Positions 48,727 to 61,600 of a DNA stretch of 64,000 nucleotides are shown piece after piece. Both the position numbers and the translations under genes were made by a program. The DNA lies in assembly GCA_905178155.1 (NCBI GenBank), contig CAJINV010000021.1:417050-481049 (forward strand). The letters are read 5' to 3'. Each line of letters opens with the position of its first letter. The first letter of the stretch is position 1. The DNA comes from Amoebophrya sp. A120. Taxonomy: Eukaryota > Protista > Dinoflagellata. The notes under the pieces were generated by a model. That model ran no database searches, was not told where the DNA came from, and saw only the letters and a program-made list of their open reading frames with translations.

Positions 48727-49037
48727 GGAGAAAACAAATCATCCAAAATTTAAATGTAATATGGCATTCAGAAACGGAAACCTTTTCAACACCCATACGA
48801 AAACGGCGAATGTTCTGTTGTAGTGGGAGAGTTGTACAGGTATGATCCTCGGCGAAATGCAATAGAATACATCTGCGCAGGACCTGCGCAGATGTATTCT
48901 ATTGCATTTCGCCGAGGATCATACCTGTACAACTCTCCCACTACAACAGAACATTCGCCGTTTTCGTATGGGTGTTGAAAAGGTTTCCGTTTCTGAATGC
49001 CATATTACATTTAAATTTTGGATGATTTGTTTTCTCC
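48727..49037. repeat. Perfect palindrome, 155-bp arms, 1-nt spacer (A48882)
   Basis: 48727-48881 is the exact reverse complement of 48883-49037. Confidence 0.93.
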
Positions 49038-49217
49038 AACGGGAGAACAAGCTCGTTGTAAGTACATATTACCTTGAATGACTTGGTCCTCCGACTATTC
49101 TCGTCTTGTATTGGTACTTGTTATTTTGAAAGCTTAAGCCGACCAACCTGATACTGATTCTGCACAAACAGTTTTTCTTTTATTCATTTCTATCCAATAC
49201 ACACCTACGACTTCTAT

Positions 49218-51364
49218 ATGACCCCTGATCTCTTCATCATGATGGCCCGTTCCTCAAGTGCAGCAACTATGTGCAGGACCTTGCTTGGCACGTCCGTCGT
49301 TCTGTTTACACGCGGACCGGATGTCTTTTTTTGCGGCGATAAAATTGCCCTCTCCAGTCGTGGAGGCACGACTCTGATGGGAGTTGAGGCCGCTAGTTTG
49401 CAAGCGAGGACTCCTGAACAAGTTCATGCAGAGGAAGAAATATCGCGTTTTTTTACGAACAGGCTTCCGCGCGATAAACACCCACGACCGGCTCTACTTA
49501 CGACACAACCGCAAGACTCAAATAACGTACTTGAGCCGCAGCCACGGAGAGGGCAGCGCCTTGATGTGCTTTCGCTTGCGGATGAAGAGGAAGACGCATC
49601 TGGTGTTGAAAGAACATCCTTGCGGCCGCGCGGTCCGTGGGCAAGTGGAAGTGGCAGTTGTAGACGTTCTTCTCCCAGTACTGCTGGCCGGCGAAGGTCA
49701 AAGTCCCGTGCAGCGAGCAAGCATTCTTCCGGCAGTGGCCCTAGCCCAAGGCCGCTGTCTCCTCCCCTCAGCTCGCGCCCGACGTCTGCCGGAGGGCCCT
49801 CGCCACCGCCACTCTCCCGGCCTGCTACCCCTGCCCTGATGTCATCATCTTCAGACTCACCACCTACGCCTACGTACCCGGTCGGCGATTTAGAGGCGTA
49901 CTGCAAAGACCAAATGTACGACGCTGCCGGTTTTGTGGAAGATGTGGTGCGAAAAATCGACCCCGTGAGGGATATGTGTCCCGCACCGCCCCCTCTAAGG
50001 ACTACTTCGCCTTCCGTCTTCAAAGTGGAGAAGACCTTGCAAGATGCCCCAGGATACGCAAAAGTGTTTCTAGTGTGCAAAACATCTCCGGCTCGACGTC
50101 CAGCGGCTCACAACCATGAAGAGGGTGTGGGTGCTGGAGATTCTACCGTGGCAAACGGCCAAGGAGATGATGAAAAAATGGAGCGAGCGGTTATCAAGCA
50201 CGCGCCTGCAGAAGAAATTGAAGCAGCGCAGCAGATGCGTAGGGAAATCGGTACGATGACCGCTTTGGGCCTGGTCGGTGAACAAGATGATGCGACTACT
50301 TTCACCTCCTCCTCCTCTTACTCTACTGCGTCTGATGCTGATCCTTACAAGAATTTCAAAGACCATCTGGTCAAAATGACCGGTTGTTTCTCCGGAACGC
50401 CCTGCACATTCGCGCTTGAGTTCTGCGACATGCGAGACCTCTACGAGAAGATACTGGCTGACTGGAAAGCGAAAAGGCGTTTGACCGCTGCGGATCGCAA
50501 CAGGTATCTTGCCGAATTGCTCAAGGCCGTGCATTTTATGCATACAAAAGGCGTCGCACACCGCGACATTTCCCCGGACAACGTGCTTCTCACGTCAACA
50601 AACGTGGGAGAGTTGCCTGCTGGGTCGGCGACCGCGAAACTATCAGATTTCGGCATGGCGTGCTCTATTTACGAGAGAGTTGATGTTGACGATATCAAGG
50701 ACGAACAAGGCAAGGACCACGACCAGCGCAGTGGTGCTGAACATCAAAGATCAGAAATGCTGCCCCTAAAGTCTTGCGGGAAAAAGAGTTCCGAAACGTC
50801 ATGGGAAAGGGCAGTTTCATCGCGCCGGAATGTTGGGCCTACGCGCAGTCGGAGCAATTCAGAGAAGCCGCGTTCCGAGGTCTACAACCAAAAACAATGT
50901 CGGGGTTCCGGGCGAAACCTCTGGACATTTTTGCCACGGGTCTCGTTGCGGTGCTTATGCGCGTGGTCGGGGCACCCTGGGGGCATGACAAGTGCATTCG
51001 AGGGGTCCGACCCGCCGAATTTCTGTACCAAGACAGAGAGCGCAGAGAAAAATACACAGATGAGGACGGAAATCCGCAAACGCGACGGGTTCCTGCGAGC
51101 GCAAAAACGCGGCGCGAGGATTTCCAAGCACTTTTGCTGGAGTTGTGGGAGAAGGGGGTCTATCCGAAAAAGGGAAGCGAGTACTTGCGCCCCTGTAGTT
51201 TGCAGGAAGAGACCGAGGATAAGATGCTAGTGAAAGAAATTTCGCACATGCTATCAAAGAGACCCGCGGAACGAGCGACGGCGGAAGAAATGTTAAACAT
51301 ACACTGTGTGCAGAAATCGGGTCCTAGCAGTAGCCGTAGTTGTACTGCTGTTGCTCAAAAATGA
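49218..51364 (+). CDS. Ser/Thr protein kinase (apparent single frameshift at about 50750-50790)
   Basis: AVIK, HRDISPDN and KLSDFG in ORF 49218; GKGSFIAPE, DIFATG and PAERATAEEML in the overlapping ORF 50774-51364. Confidence 0.85.
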
Positions 51365-52615
51365 CCAAACATATTATTTGTGGTAATAGAAATACAGGAG
51401 GCCGAGAAAACGTGACACGTACGTAAAATGAGGAGAAGTTCTCCGACTGAACAACGCACGCTCGTCCTAAAGTAAAGAGAAAACTAGTGCTCCCCGTCGA
51501 CCCCGCTCTACCTCTGTGCAGTTTTAGTTGGTAACCATGAAGTAAAGAAAGTGCGTTTTGAATCTGTATTGAATTTGAGTTTGCATCAGTTTTTGTTTGT
51601 TGAATTCATGGCGTACGGCTAGCACAACTACTACGCAGTGTAGTTGGACTCTATACGTCAAGTAGGACCTATTTAGTATAGTACACACATTACAGTGGTG
51701 ACCTGAAATATCAAATATAGATAATTAAATTAAAAACCCATCTGCAAGTAGTTGCATCTTGCGAACATCTGCAATGGAAAAACAAGAAAAATGTAGTCGT
51801 GCATCTTGCGAACTACTGTGTACAAACAATTTGGTGCGAAAGTACAACCTCGTTCGAAAGAAGAAAGTCGCCTGATAGCAGCTCGGACATAACCTGAAGA
51901 ACAGGCCGCAAAGAAAAAACGAAACAAAACGAAGCAGTCTATGGAATACATTCGGTTCGCGGATGATTCTTCATTGGTTTGTACGTGCAGTTGGACCAGA
52001 CGGTGAAATGAAATCGCAAAAAAGAATCTGTGATCTACTTGCTCGAGGATGGGGACTAAAACGAAAAAAATGTGTTTTACCTAGAGGGTGGGTCAATCTG
52101 AAAATGTCAACAAGAACATCAGTTGAAGTTGTATGAACGAGCGACGTTCTTCTTGGTCGTGTGTCAGTGATGCCATACTCGCTAATATCGTTCGCTTCTC
52201 CATTTCCGTTGAAAATGGCTGCTAGTGTTTCACATTTTTCAAAATTTTTATGAATAAGAATATGAGTCTCTCGTCTTAAAGGCGATGTCGTCCTAGATCG
52301 TAGATCCCACCGGGTGTTCTCTGTTCATCAAGCTGTCCATGACAATAAAGAGGAAAGGTAAAAAACTATCAATACATGATAGAATGTTCGATGTCATGTC
52401 CTGTCGTGATGTGAAACGTTAACGTTGTATTCCACCCGCCAGTCGTCCACCAAGTGGTCCTTGACGTCCGTAAGCCTTTTGACTCCTAGCCCGTCTCCGT
52501 GTAGTTCATTCTGTTTTCGTCGATTGTGTCTCTGACTTCTCTGTGTCGATAATAGATTGATAAATATTTTCACTATTGTTGCAGGAACAGCACCAAAAAT
52601 CTTCATCTCAACATC

Positions 52616-55600
52616 ATGTCCCAGTTTCTGAAGCGGTTTTGCCAGGGCGCCCGGAAGGCGCTGCAACAGGCGAGCTTGAGCACAGAACAGACCGGGCCTG
52701 CTGCAGCACCTTCAAAGCAACCGATCATCTTCGTGATGGGCAACACTTCGTGCGATTTGGATAGTGTCTGTTGCGCTCTCGCCCTGGCCTATCTTTTCGA
52801 GTTGGACAAAACGTCGAAAACAGCAAACATTTCCTACATTCCGCTCCTGAACTACCGCCGGCAAGATTTCCCGAAGCTGCTGCAACAGGCCTACTGGCTG
52901 GAAAAGTACTTCCAAATTTCCGTCGACGATCTCTGTTTCTACGAAGACGCCGTGGCTACCATGTCTGCTAGTATTCCTGCGAAGGACGACGAGAAGGCTA
53001 CCGCTCCTGGTGCAGCCGCGGGACCACCATCACCTGCGTGTTCCTTCCTCCTCGTCGACCACAACGAGGTCGACCCCACACAGAGGGAAACTCTGCGGGG
53101 GAAGGTCGTTGGCTGCGTCGACCACCACGAGGTCAACGCCGGAAATAAAGTGGATCAGTTCCTACGAGGAACTTCTTCTTCCCCAGACGACCCCGCGTTT
53201 GCTTCCTTTCCGCAAATTCTGGACATCCGCATTCCCTCCGTCTGCGGTCCGGAGGCCATCGTTGGCAGCTGCTCTAGCTTGATTTTGGAACGAACAGTGA
53301 AAGTGTACGAAAGTAGGATAGCGACGCCGGCGACGGGTACTACTGGTTTACAACAAACCGAGTTTTTTTCCGAGCTTTTCTCGCTTCTCTCCGGCGCGAT
53401 TTTGTGCGACACGCGAAATTTCGCGGACGCGACCAAGGGCAAATGTGCCCAAGAGTTTTCCGAGCTTTATTTTTCGCTTCTCTCCGGAGCCATTTTGTGC
53501 GACACGCGAAATTTCGCGGACGCGACCAAGGGCGTCGGGGAGTGGCTTCGGGGGGCAACAGCGCAAGAGCTCCGCAAAAGCCCTCCAGCAAGGCATGCCA
53601 CGACCCCAGCTGGATGCTGTCTGACACGCGGCGAGTGGCGCCGCCGCAGCCGTCTGGCCTTAGAGGCCCGGAGCCCGCTCGAAGGCGGGGCTCTGCTCCC
53701 TTTCTAGTAGACCCGGATCAGTTGGGTTCCTGCCTTGGCACGCGGGCAGGGCCTGGGTCGCAGCGGGATGGGAAGACACCCCGTCAGAGGCATTGCCAAA
53801 TTAGCAGACGCGAAGCCGGCCATAAGACTGCCGTCACCCGCGCCGCGGACAGAGGAGTGCGTCGGAACACGGCGCATAAGCCTTGCTGCCCCACTGGCGG
53901 CGGAGGAGCTAGGATGGGGATCCACATGGCCAGCCCCGGCATGCCTGTTGCTCTGAGGCAATTCGACCTGCATTGCTTTGGGTTTGTGCTGCTTCGGGAC
54001 CTCCCCGGGGGACCTCCCCGAGGGACCTCCTAAAACCGACCAAAAGTGGAATGGTTCGGAAAATCTTCGCCCGATGGTATGAGACCTCCTCGTAGAGGTC
54101 CCTTGAGGACCTCCCTTGAGGACCTCCGGGAACGCCTCGAAAGGCCAGACTTCGGCTCGCACCTTTCCGCAGGACAAGGTCAGCACCCCCCACTCCTGAA
54201 GCAAAGTGAACGGCCAACCCCGGAGCCCCGGCCGGAAGGCGGGCGCACGGGTTTCTGCCAACACTGTGGCGGACTTGTAGATCCGAAGCTGCGCATGGTG
54301 GAAACGCGACGCAGCCTGCCGCCCGAAAATAAAAGTTGCGAAATCTGAGCGAAGGGCGCTCAAGCTTCGCCCAAAAACGTCATCCCGCTGGCCAGCGCCT
54401 GTTCCTTCATTGCAACAATGGCCGCGCGCCATGAGCTTCATTAAGAAAGCCAACATGCTTTCCGCGATAGGCGAGCTTCAGAGGCCGTGGCAAATTGGTG
54501 GACAAGACAAGACGGGCGTCTAGCTAGTCTCCGATGTGCTAGCTTTCCTCGCCCGCTTCACCGTCATGCCTCCGGAGCTGCGCAAATTGCCCCAAAAGCT
54601 ATGCGACTCCGTGCGGCGGCCTTTTTACCCGGAGCAGTGCGGCACAACTGTGCGACCGGTCGAGGGCTCACAGTCGGCGCCCGACTCGAGCATGAACCAG
54701 CTTGAATGCTCAAGATCTGTGCACTGTGTGCTGATTCTTTGCTCGCCGATTCTGATGGGCCTTTGCGCGCGCGCGTTCCGATACTTAAAGAAAAATTTGA
54801 AAATATTTCTTGATTCAACAGTTGATCGCGTTATAGCGGGTACTACTGGTTTACAACAAACCGAGTTGTTTTCCGAGCTTTTTTCGCTTCTTTCCGGCGC
54901 GATTACTAAGTGGAAATTTCCCGGAAACCGGAAAATTGAAAAAAATCCCTCTCTTTTGAAGACGACGCTGCGAGTACGACGTCGAGACGCGGTGGCTGCT
55001 CGGCGGGTTGCTGCGCGGATGTTCCTGCTTCTGCTCAAAGAAACCAGTCTAATTGATCCACTCAAAAATCCTCACTCACAGGTACTCACTATACGAAAAT
55101 ATCAAAGCACTCTACAGGTCGAAATCCTTACCCTGTCACGCCGATCCGCCGCCAGCAGGAGATAAACACACACACACGCCACAACTACTTCATTCGCAAA
55201 TCATAGTAGACTCTCCTCATCATAAATCTCTACGCATCAGAAATTCAAATAAAAAACTCAGATCATACAGGCTACCGCTACTCTACATGTGTGGCCCTAC
55301 AGAACCGAGGTGCTCAGGTTCGGAGTGGTCGTAGTCGAGCAAGGTGCCGAAGAGCAGGTGGATCACCAAGAGGACGTGTTGCACCGGGTGGCGCAACATG
55401 TCCTCAAGCTGGTGAGACAATACGGCGCCAGCAGTTCCTGGGATCTCGGTCCAGACGTGGCGGTGGTTCTGGTTGATTTTTTAAGCTGTAAACCTGATGG
55501 GAGAATTTCAATTTGATTTTTGATGTCGGAATGCGGAAGAACCTGTCTATTTGAGAACTTTTTGAAATGATCTGGATTTATGTGATGTTGTGGCGTGTGT

Positions 55601-58018
55601 GTGTGTGGGGATGGTCGATCTTTCCGTCGGCAACCGCGGGTACCTGGTAAGACATTGATGTTTCTGTTTATATCATGATGAGAATGTGACGCGAGCCTGG
55701 ACGCTGATCTTCCCGGACCGGATAGCGAGACGTAGGCGGAGGACTTTTAGCACGTTTGGAGGCGGAGGACTTGGAGGACACCAACAGGGCTGCTTCCTCC
55801 ACGGGACTTCTGCGAAAGGGAGGGAATTTTTTCAATTTTCCGGTTTCCGGGAAATTTCCGCTTAGTAGCGATTTTGTGCGACACGCGAAATTTCGCGGAC
55901 GCGACCAAGGGCGCAAAGTGGTCTGTGAAGGGGGATAAGGATATCCAAAAAAAAATGTTAACATTAACATTTTCACTAGTCAAATTTTTGTCATGTTTTT
56001 GTGTGATTTTTTTTTGTATTTTTTCATGCCAAGTAATGAACTACTGTAGCTACTCGAAATAGAACCCATGGGCAGCTAGCTACAGCTAGACTTCTATGTT
56101 ATTGTTGAGAGCTAGCTAGGCTAAGGTGTGCCGGCGCGGCGGACGTGAAGGAAAACAAGGCGGCCGAGGTGGCGGCCAGAGGTGCGGGGAGACTGGGAAA
56201 CAAGGCGGCCGAGTTGGCGGCTGGAATGAGCCTGCTGAAGGCCTTGGGGCAGTGTGCTCGTTTTTCCTCCGTGCTATCATGCACCATCATAATCGTACTG
56301 CCTTCATCGCAGCCCAGTCTTCAGCTGCTCTTCTTGACTCTAGGGCAGACCGGGGCCAGAGGTGGCCCAGCTTTTGCCTTTCGCCGTTGACCCCAGCGAC
56401 AGAGAAAAAAGGCAGTTTTTTTGAGCTTTGGGCCAAAAATTGGCGCTCAAGCAAAATCGCAAATTCCCGTGCGAAAATGCAGATTTTCAGGCAAATGTTA
56501 ACATTTCGGGCTACGTCCAGATTCCCGCGCAGAAATGCAAGATTTTGGGCAAGTGTTAACATTGGTCTGCAAATTTGCTCAAAAAATGCTCAAAAGTTGC
56601 CATCTTTTTTGCGCAAATGTTAACATCCGGCTCCGGAACGTCCCCGAATGTTAACATTCCCAAAAATGAGCGCTTCCCTGCATTACAAATTGAACATTTT
56701 GAATTTATAAAAGGTGGCAACCCGATCTCCATGGTCGCGACCCGTTGGTGGGCCGACCACATCATCAACCAGACGAAGGCCCGGAACCAGCTGGATTGCT
56801 TTCGAGCATTAGTTGCAAACGAGCAGCGCCACTACCTACGCGCGCACGAAGGCCCACGCACGTCCTCGATGTAGCAGGACGGATCCCGAGACCTTAGCCT
56901 AGTTAGATCAAAACATAAGCTACAGCATTTAGCTTGTTGTCCGTGGGTTCATATGCATAGTATCGCGCATTCAGCGCAATTCCAATGCAAAAAATGATTT
57001 TTTTTTGTCAAAAAACGCATTGAAATTTTGACTAGTGAAAATGTTAATGTTAACATTTTTTTGTTGAATAAAGGAGACTTACGAGACGGCGAAGCAGCTC
57101 TTCGGAGCAGGAACGTCCGCCACAACCAGCACTAGCCTGCTTCCATCCGACGAGGCCGCCTTGTGCCAGGATCTTTTTGACATCAAATTCGACGTGGAGC
57201 GGAATTTGAACCTCGGTGTGTCGGCTTTGCTGGGCGGGGACTACAAGCAGTTTTCTACCCCGTGTAAAAACGTCCCCACCTTCCCAGAGTCAAATTCTTA
57301 TGGACTTTGCGAACACAAACCTAGAAGTTTTGGGAGTCACGCATGATAACTTGCAGTTCGTAGCGTAGTTCAGGTTAACAAGGTCAAGGACAGCCGCGTC
57401 ACAAATCCATCCGCTCGCCTCCCTGTTGATCACATTCACAGCATTACAAATTATGCCAAAACTCGTCTAGAGGACACGCCTCTCTTGTTGGGGATGCGCA
57501 ATCCCCATGACGACTTTGGGCTGGGAACGTTTTTACTCAGGATATTTTCCTATCGCAGTGACACCCTCTCCGTCGGATACGCGACCTTCCCGATCCAGCT
57601 GGTTTCCGTTTTGCAAAAGTTCGATTTAGAAAAAACACTACTGCCTGAAATGAAGGATTTCTGCGAATCAAGAAAAGTGTCCCTGCTCGTGATCCTCAGT
57701 TCGGACCGAAACATGTTGAAACACTTCGGCGTAGGCGTTTTCTGCAACGAGGAAACAGCGGGAAGCGAGGCAAGAAACCTGGCGCTCTCGGCCTTCAACG
57801 CGATCGTCACGTCTTCCGCGACGGATGCGTCTGGGAGTTTGAAAGAGGAGATGGGACTTGTGCCCATCGAGCCGACGGGGGCTAGCGCAACGTCAATATT
57901 TCGGGTGTACGAGCAGCGGAGGGCGGAAAAGTCGCGGAAACAAGTCGAGCCCTTGATTCGCCAGCTGCTGAATTCCATATCGAGTAGTCCTGGGATGACA
58001 ACCATTGACGGCAATTGA
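52616..58018 (+). CDS. DHH-family exopolyphosphatase (PPX1/Prune-like), interrupted by a 1.5-kb duplicated-exon insert and 3 TIR introns
   Basis: MGNTSCDLDS, LVDHN, CVDHH, GSCSSLI, GAILCDT; after splicing DYKQFSY and SRKQV (DHHA2 domain). Confidence 0.88.
53334..54903. repeat. Triplicated exon segment enclosing a 1.3-kb GC-rich insert
   Basis: Copy A 53334-53440, copy B 53456-53534, copy C 54837-54903 continuing at 55873; unrelated sequence at 53535-54836. Confidence 0.85.
54904..55867. mobile_element. Long (964 bp), young TIR element in an exon
   Basis: Near-perfect 45-bp TIR TACTAAGTGGAAATTTCCCGGAAACCGGAAAATTGAAAAAA; duplication GCGAT; empty site visible in exon copies A and B. Confidence 0.94.
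55942..57070. mobile_element. Long (1129 bp) TIR element in an exon
   Basis: TATCCAAAAAAAAATGTTAACATTAACATTTTCACTAGTCAAA and its inverse; patchy symmetry to about 185 bp (CTAGGCTAAGGT 56116/ACCTTAGCCTAG 56891); duplication AAGGA. Confidence 0.92.
57256..57544. mobile_element. TIR intron, family C
   Basis: TACCCCGTGTAAAAACGTCCC/GGGAACGTTTTTACTCAGGATA; duplication TTTTC. Confidence 0.93.
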
Positions 58019-58613
58019 GAGACTTTTGACACGGTTTTGCTAAAAAACGTATAAAAATCGTGCAACTACAACGAAGAATTACATACTAGAAAATGAAAAA
58101 GATCCGTCGATCAACTGCAGAACGAATTCCACCAAGCCTATTTCTTCTATTCGCAAGAACAGTTGTATGTTCTTTGTTGATCATGGTCGGAGGAGTGTAC
58201 AGTAGTAGACCCTGTAGCACGAAGATGAAAAAACTGCCTTTATTTCAGACGCTAGATGAAGATCCGAAAGGAGAAACATCACGCACATGATCTCTACTTC
58301 TTGAAGATGTTGCTCATCTTTTTTTGGCCTCCATGCCTCCTGATCCTGTCCTGCTGATCCCGATCAAACTTTTAGTTCGGATCTTCATCTTCGGTTTCTT
58401 GCTCGTAACCGTTCTTCAAAAGCACCACACCTCCGAAAGCATCACTTGTTTGAAAACAAGTCCCGGCTTATTATGTTGTGATGTGCCGGTGAGTATATTT
58501 TCCTTTTCGTCAGATGTTCGCTTTTTGCCGGTTTTTGCGGTTCATACGACCTGTGAGGGTGGATGAAGTAGAAGTTCACACAAAATAGGAATAAACGCAT
58601 CACCAAATAAACA

Positions 58614-61600
58614 ATGAGTTCGTCGTCATCTAAAAGTCTTGCCGCTGGTTCCAACGTGCGCTGCAAAAGTGGTAATGCAACGACGTGCAGGACCCTTTCG
58701 CAACAATTTCTGTGGCCGGCGCGAAATGGAGCCGCTTCTGGTGTTGCTTGCTCGAAAACTTGTGTGTCGTTCGGTCATAGGTCATCTCAAATCCGCCTTC
58801 TCGCGGGAGACAGTAGCACAGACACTACAGCTCACCAACTACACAGCGCAGGAGCGCAGCGCTGCTGGTACGCGACCACCTCGAACTCCTCGGCTTCGGC
58901 CGGTGCAAGAACGGCACGACGACCCCAGAACTACACAGAGGAAAACGAAAATGATGAACAGCAGGACGAAGCCAGTCTGGGCGCGACCATGTTCAACGAA
59001 GCCAAGCCCTCATCTACTAGGCGAAGTGACTCAGCAAGAAGCGGGACAGCACTCGATCCAGCGGCGCCTGGAGCACTACTTCTATCAAAGCACAACTTGG
59101 CGAAGCTCTTGCGGAACGCACTGAATCCCGAGCGGGATTTCCGCTTTTCCGACACGGAAACATTTCTCCAGCTGCTGCACTTCAGCCTGAGACTGCTGAA
59201 CAAGGTAACATCTCCTACTCTTGGTCGTGGTGGGAGTTCTTCTTGTGCGCCAACTACATCATCGGCAGCTGCGGGAACATCATCAATTTTCGATTCCGAG
59301 GAACAGACAGAACTTGGTGGTGATGCTGAAGCTGGTTCGGCTTGTTCCAGTAGTTCTCCTGCTGCTGGCGACGTAGATATAGATGTACAACTTGTAGCCG
59401 CTCAAGAACAACTTCATGCAAATCTAGTACTCCACGAGCAGCGCACTAAACTTGACGAATTTCGTTTCTTCGCCGAACGCGTGTGCAGTCTGCTCACCAG
59501 CGCGGATCAGGTGACGTTTCTGCACGGCTCGCTCGAAGGCGACGCGGCCCTGGTGATCCTGGACTGGCTGGTCCGCGCCGCGGATTTGGGGTATGAGGTT
59601 TATTCCGACCAGACAGGGCTGGCCCAGGTACTCCTCGCACGGATTGAGGAGGATTTCTTTTCCTCGGAAGTCAAGCCGGTCAATGTGGTGTGTCGAAAGC
59701 TCTACGTGCATCGCAATAGTACTAGTGCCAGGCGAAGTAGTAGCTCATCATCGATAGGAGCTGCACCTTCAGAACTGCAGCAACCCGCTTCTCTTCTAAC
59801 GGTGTCCGACATCGTCAACTATCACTTGCCGGTGGCGCACAAGGTAAAGCTGATTACTTTTGGTAGAAACACGACCGCACGTCGACCATATAAAAATCCC
59901 GGAGAAGATGTTGAGCAGGGCCTATCAGGCAATAATAAGTCCCTCGACGCTTTGAAGCAGGAGGTGGCGCAGCAGTGGCGAAATCTGGATCCCGTGGACA
60001 TGGAACAGTGGGAAAAGGAACGCTTCGAAAAGTGCGAGGAGAAGGTCCCGCGCATGCGATTCGTCCAAGCCTTGGATCGGGCAAAAATGCCACCGGGGCG
60101 AAAGCTGCAGATGCATTTGAGTCTGCAACTGTTCGAGCTTGCGACGAGCAAAGCGGATCTCGGTCTGAAGGAAATTTTGCAGGTACACATTTATTGGATA
60201 CGGACGTTTTTTTTTGTTGCGTTTCCGCAAACAGCAGTCTTACCGCCCTGGTGGTCTTGACTTTTCTTGATACTACTTTTCATTTTTGATCTAGATGGTG
60301 GAAGACCAGAAGCAAAAGCAGCACCAGCAGAGGCTGCTCAGGCACGATGAAAATGCGCATGTCCTCGACCTCTTCCGCCATGAAAATACGACAAAACGAT
60401 CAGATATCCTATCCCTTTTCCCTGCTTGAGCGGGTCCAGCGTGGCGACGTCCAGCTGGATTTGAAAGAAGCGCTTTGCAGCCAGCTTCTGGACCGGAAAA
60501 CCGAGTCGCTGCTTCCCTACACGCTTGGCTTCTCTACTACGTTTTCCGACGTCCGCTGCGGGTCCGCGTTTCGCTTGTGGCACCGGAAACTGCTACCCGC
60601 TGCGCTGAAAATTTTGCAACTGTCAAATCCCTGGGTCTTGCTGGCAACGCAGGAGGGGTTTGGGAAACATCAAATAACCCTCGAGTTGGTGGAACAGTAT
60701 GAAAGAATGAGAACGAAGGTCGTAAGCAGGGAGATGTTGCCCTTGATGAAAAAAACAGGTCAACAAGGTACTGTCATCTCACCCGCCATAGCGCAGGAGT
60801 TGCAGGCCGATGAGCATTTCTTAACCAGAACATTGCCGTCCAAGATCGACGCTTGGCGGAGTGCTTCTACAGCAGGCAGTACAACTTCTACCGCCCTTTT
60901 GTACCGCGTTCCGGAGCTCACAAGCCTTCTGCACCTTTGCCGTACTAGTCGCGAAGTAGGCAACCTCTCAACGAAACTTGTCGCTCTTTTTCTGAGACAA
61001 TTTCCCGATGGGGGCGAAGAACTCAGGGACTTCAAGCGGAATGGCGCCACACCGCTCCAGCTCGCGCAGCTTCTTGATGAGTTGGCACTCATGTTGTTTT
61101 CGGCTAAGGCGAACGGAAGTAGTGTGAAGACAAAAAATAGTTCTACCGAAAAGAACGTCGAAACAACCACAAAGCAACATCCGGGTCGTGAACAGCAACC
61201 ATTGCAGGAGCAGCCTGGTTGTCTTGACATCGTCACGTCAGCTATGAAACTGGTTTGCGACGCCCTCTCGCCGCAGGACGGGAGAAATTTCAAAAAGACC
61301 GCCTCGACAACCACCACGTCGAGATCCGACACGAAAAGGACGCGAACCACAAGGCAAATACAGTCACTCTGGTCACTCGGCGCGCACGAGACTGACAGCT
61401 TTTCTGCCAAGGACTTTGCTGGGGTTGACTACTGGTGCTCCGATGTTGAACCCACCACCTCCGAACAAACTCGTCCTGTAGGGCGTCGCGGATCAAGCGA
61501 AGATCTTGATCACCACACGACTTCTACACCGCCAACAGTTGTTCCTTTCCCCTGGCAGTTTCGTTCCTTTGCCCGTCGCCACGCCAAACTGGTTTCCACG

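Noticed and set aside
50741-50790. Programmed frameshift in the kinase (and a similar break near 60420)
   Set aside because: Occurs among homopolymer runs and no stimulatory structure was identified; assembly indel more likely, needs read check.
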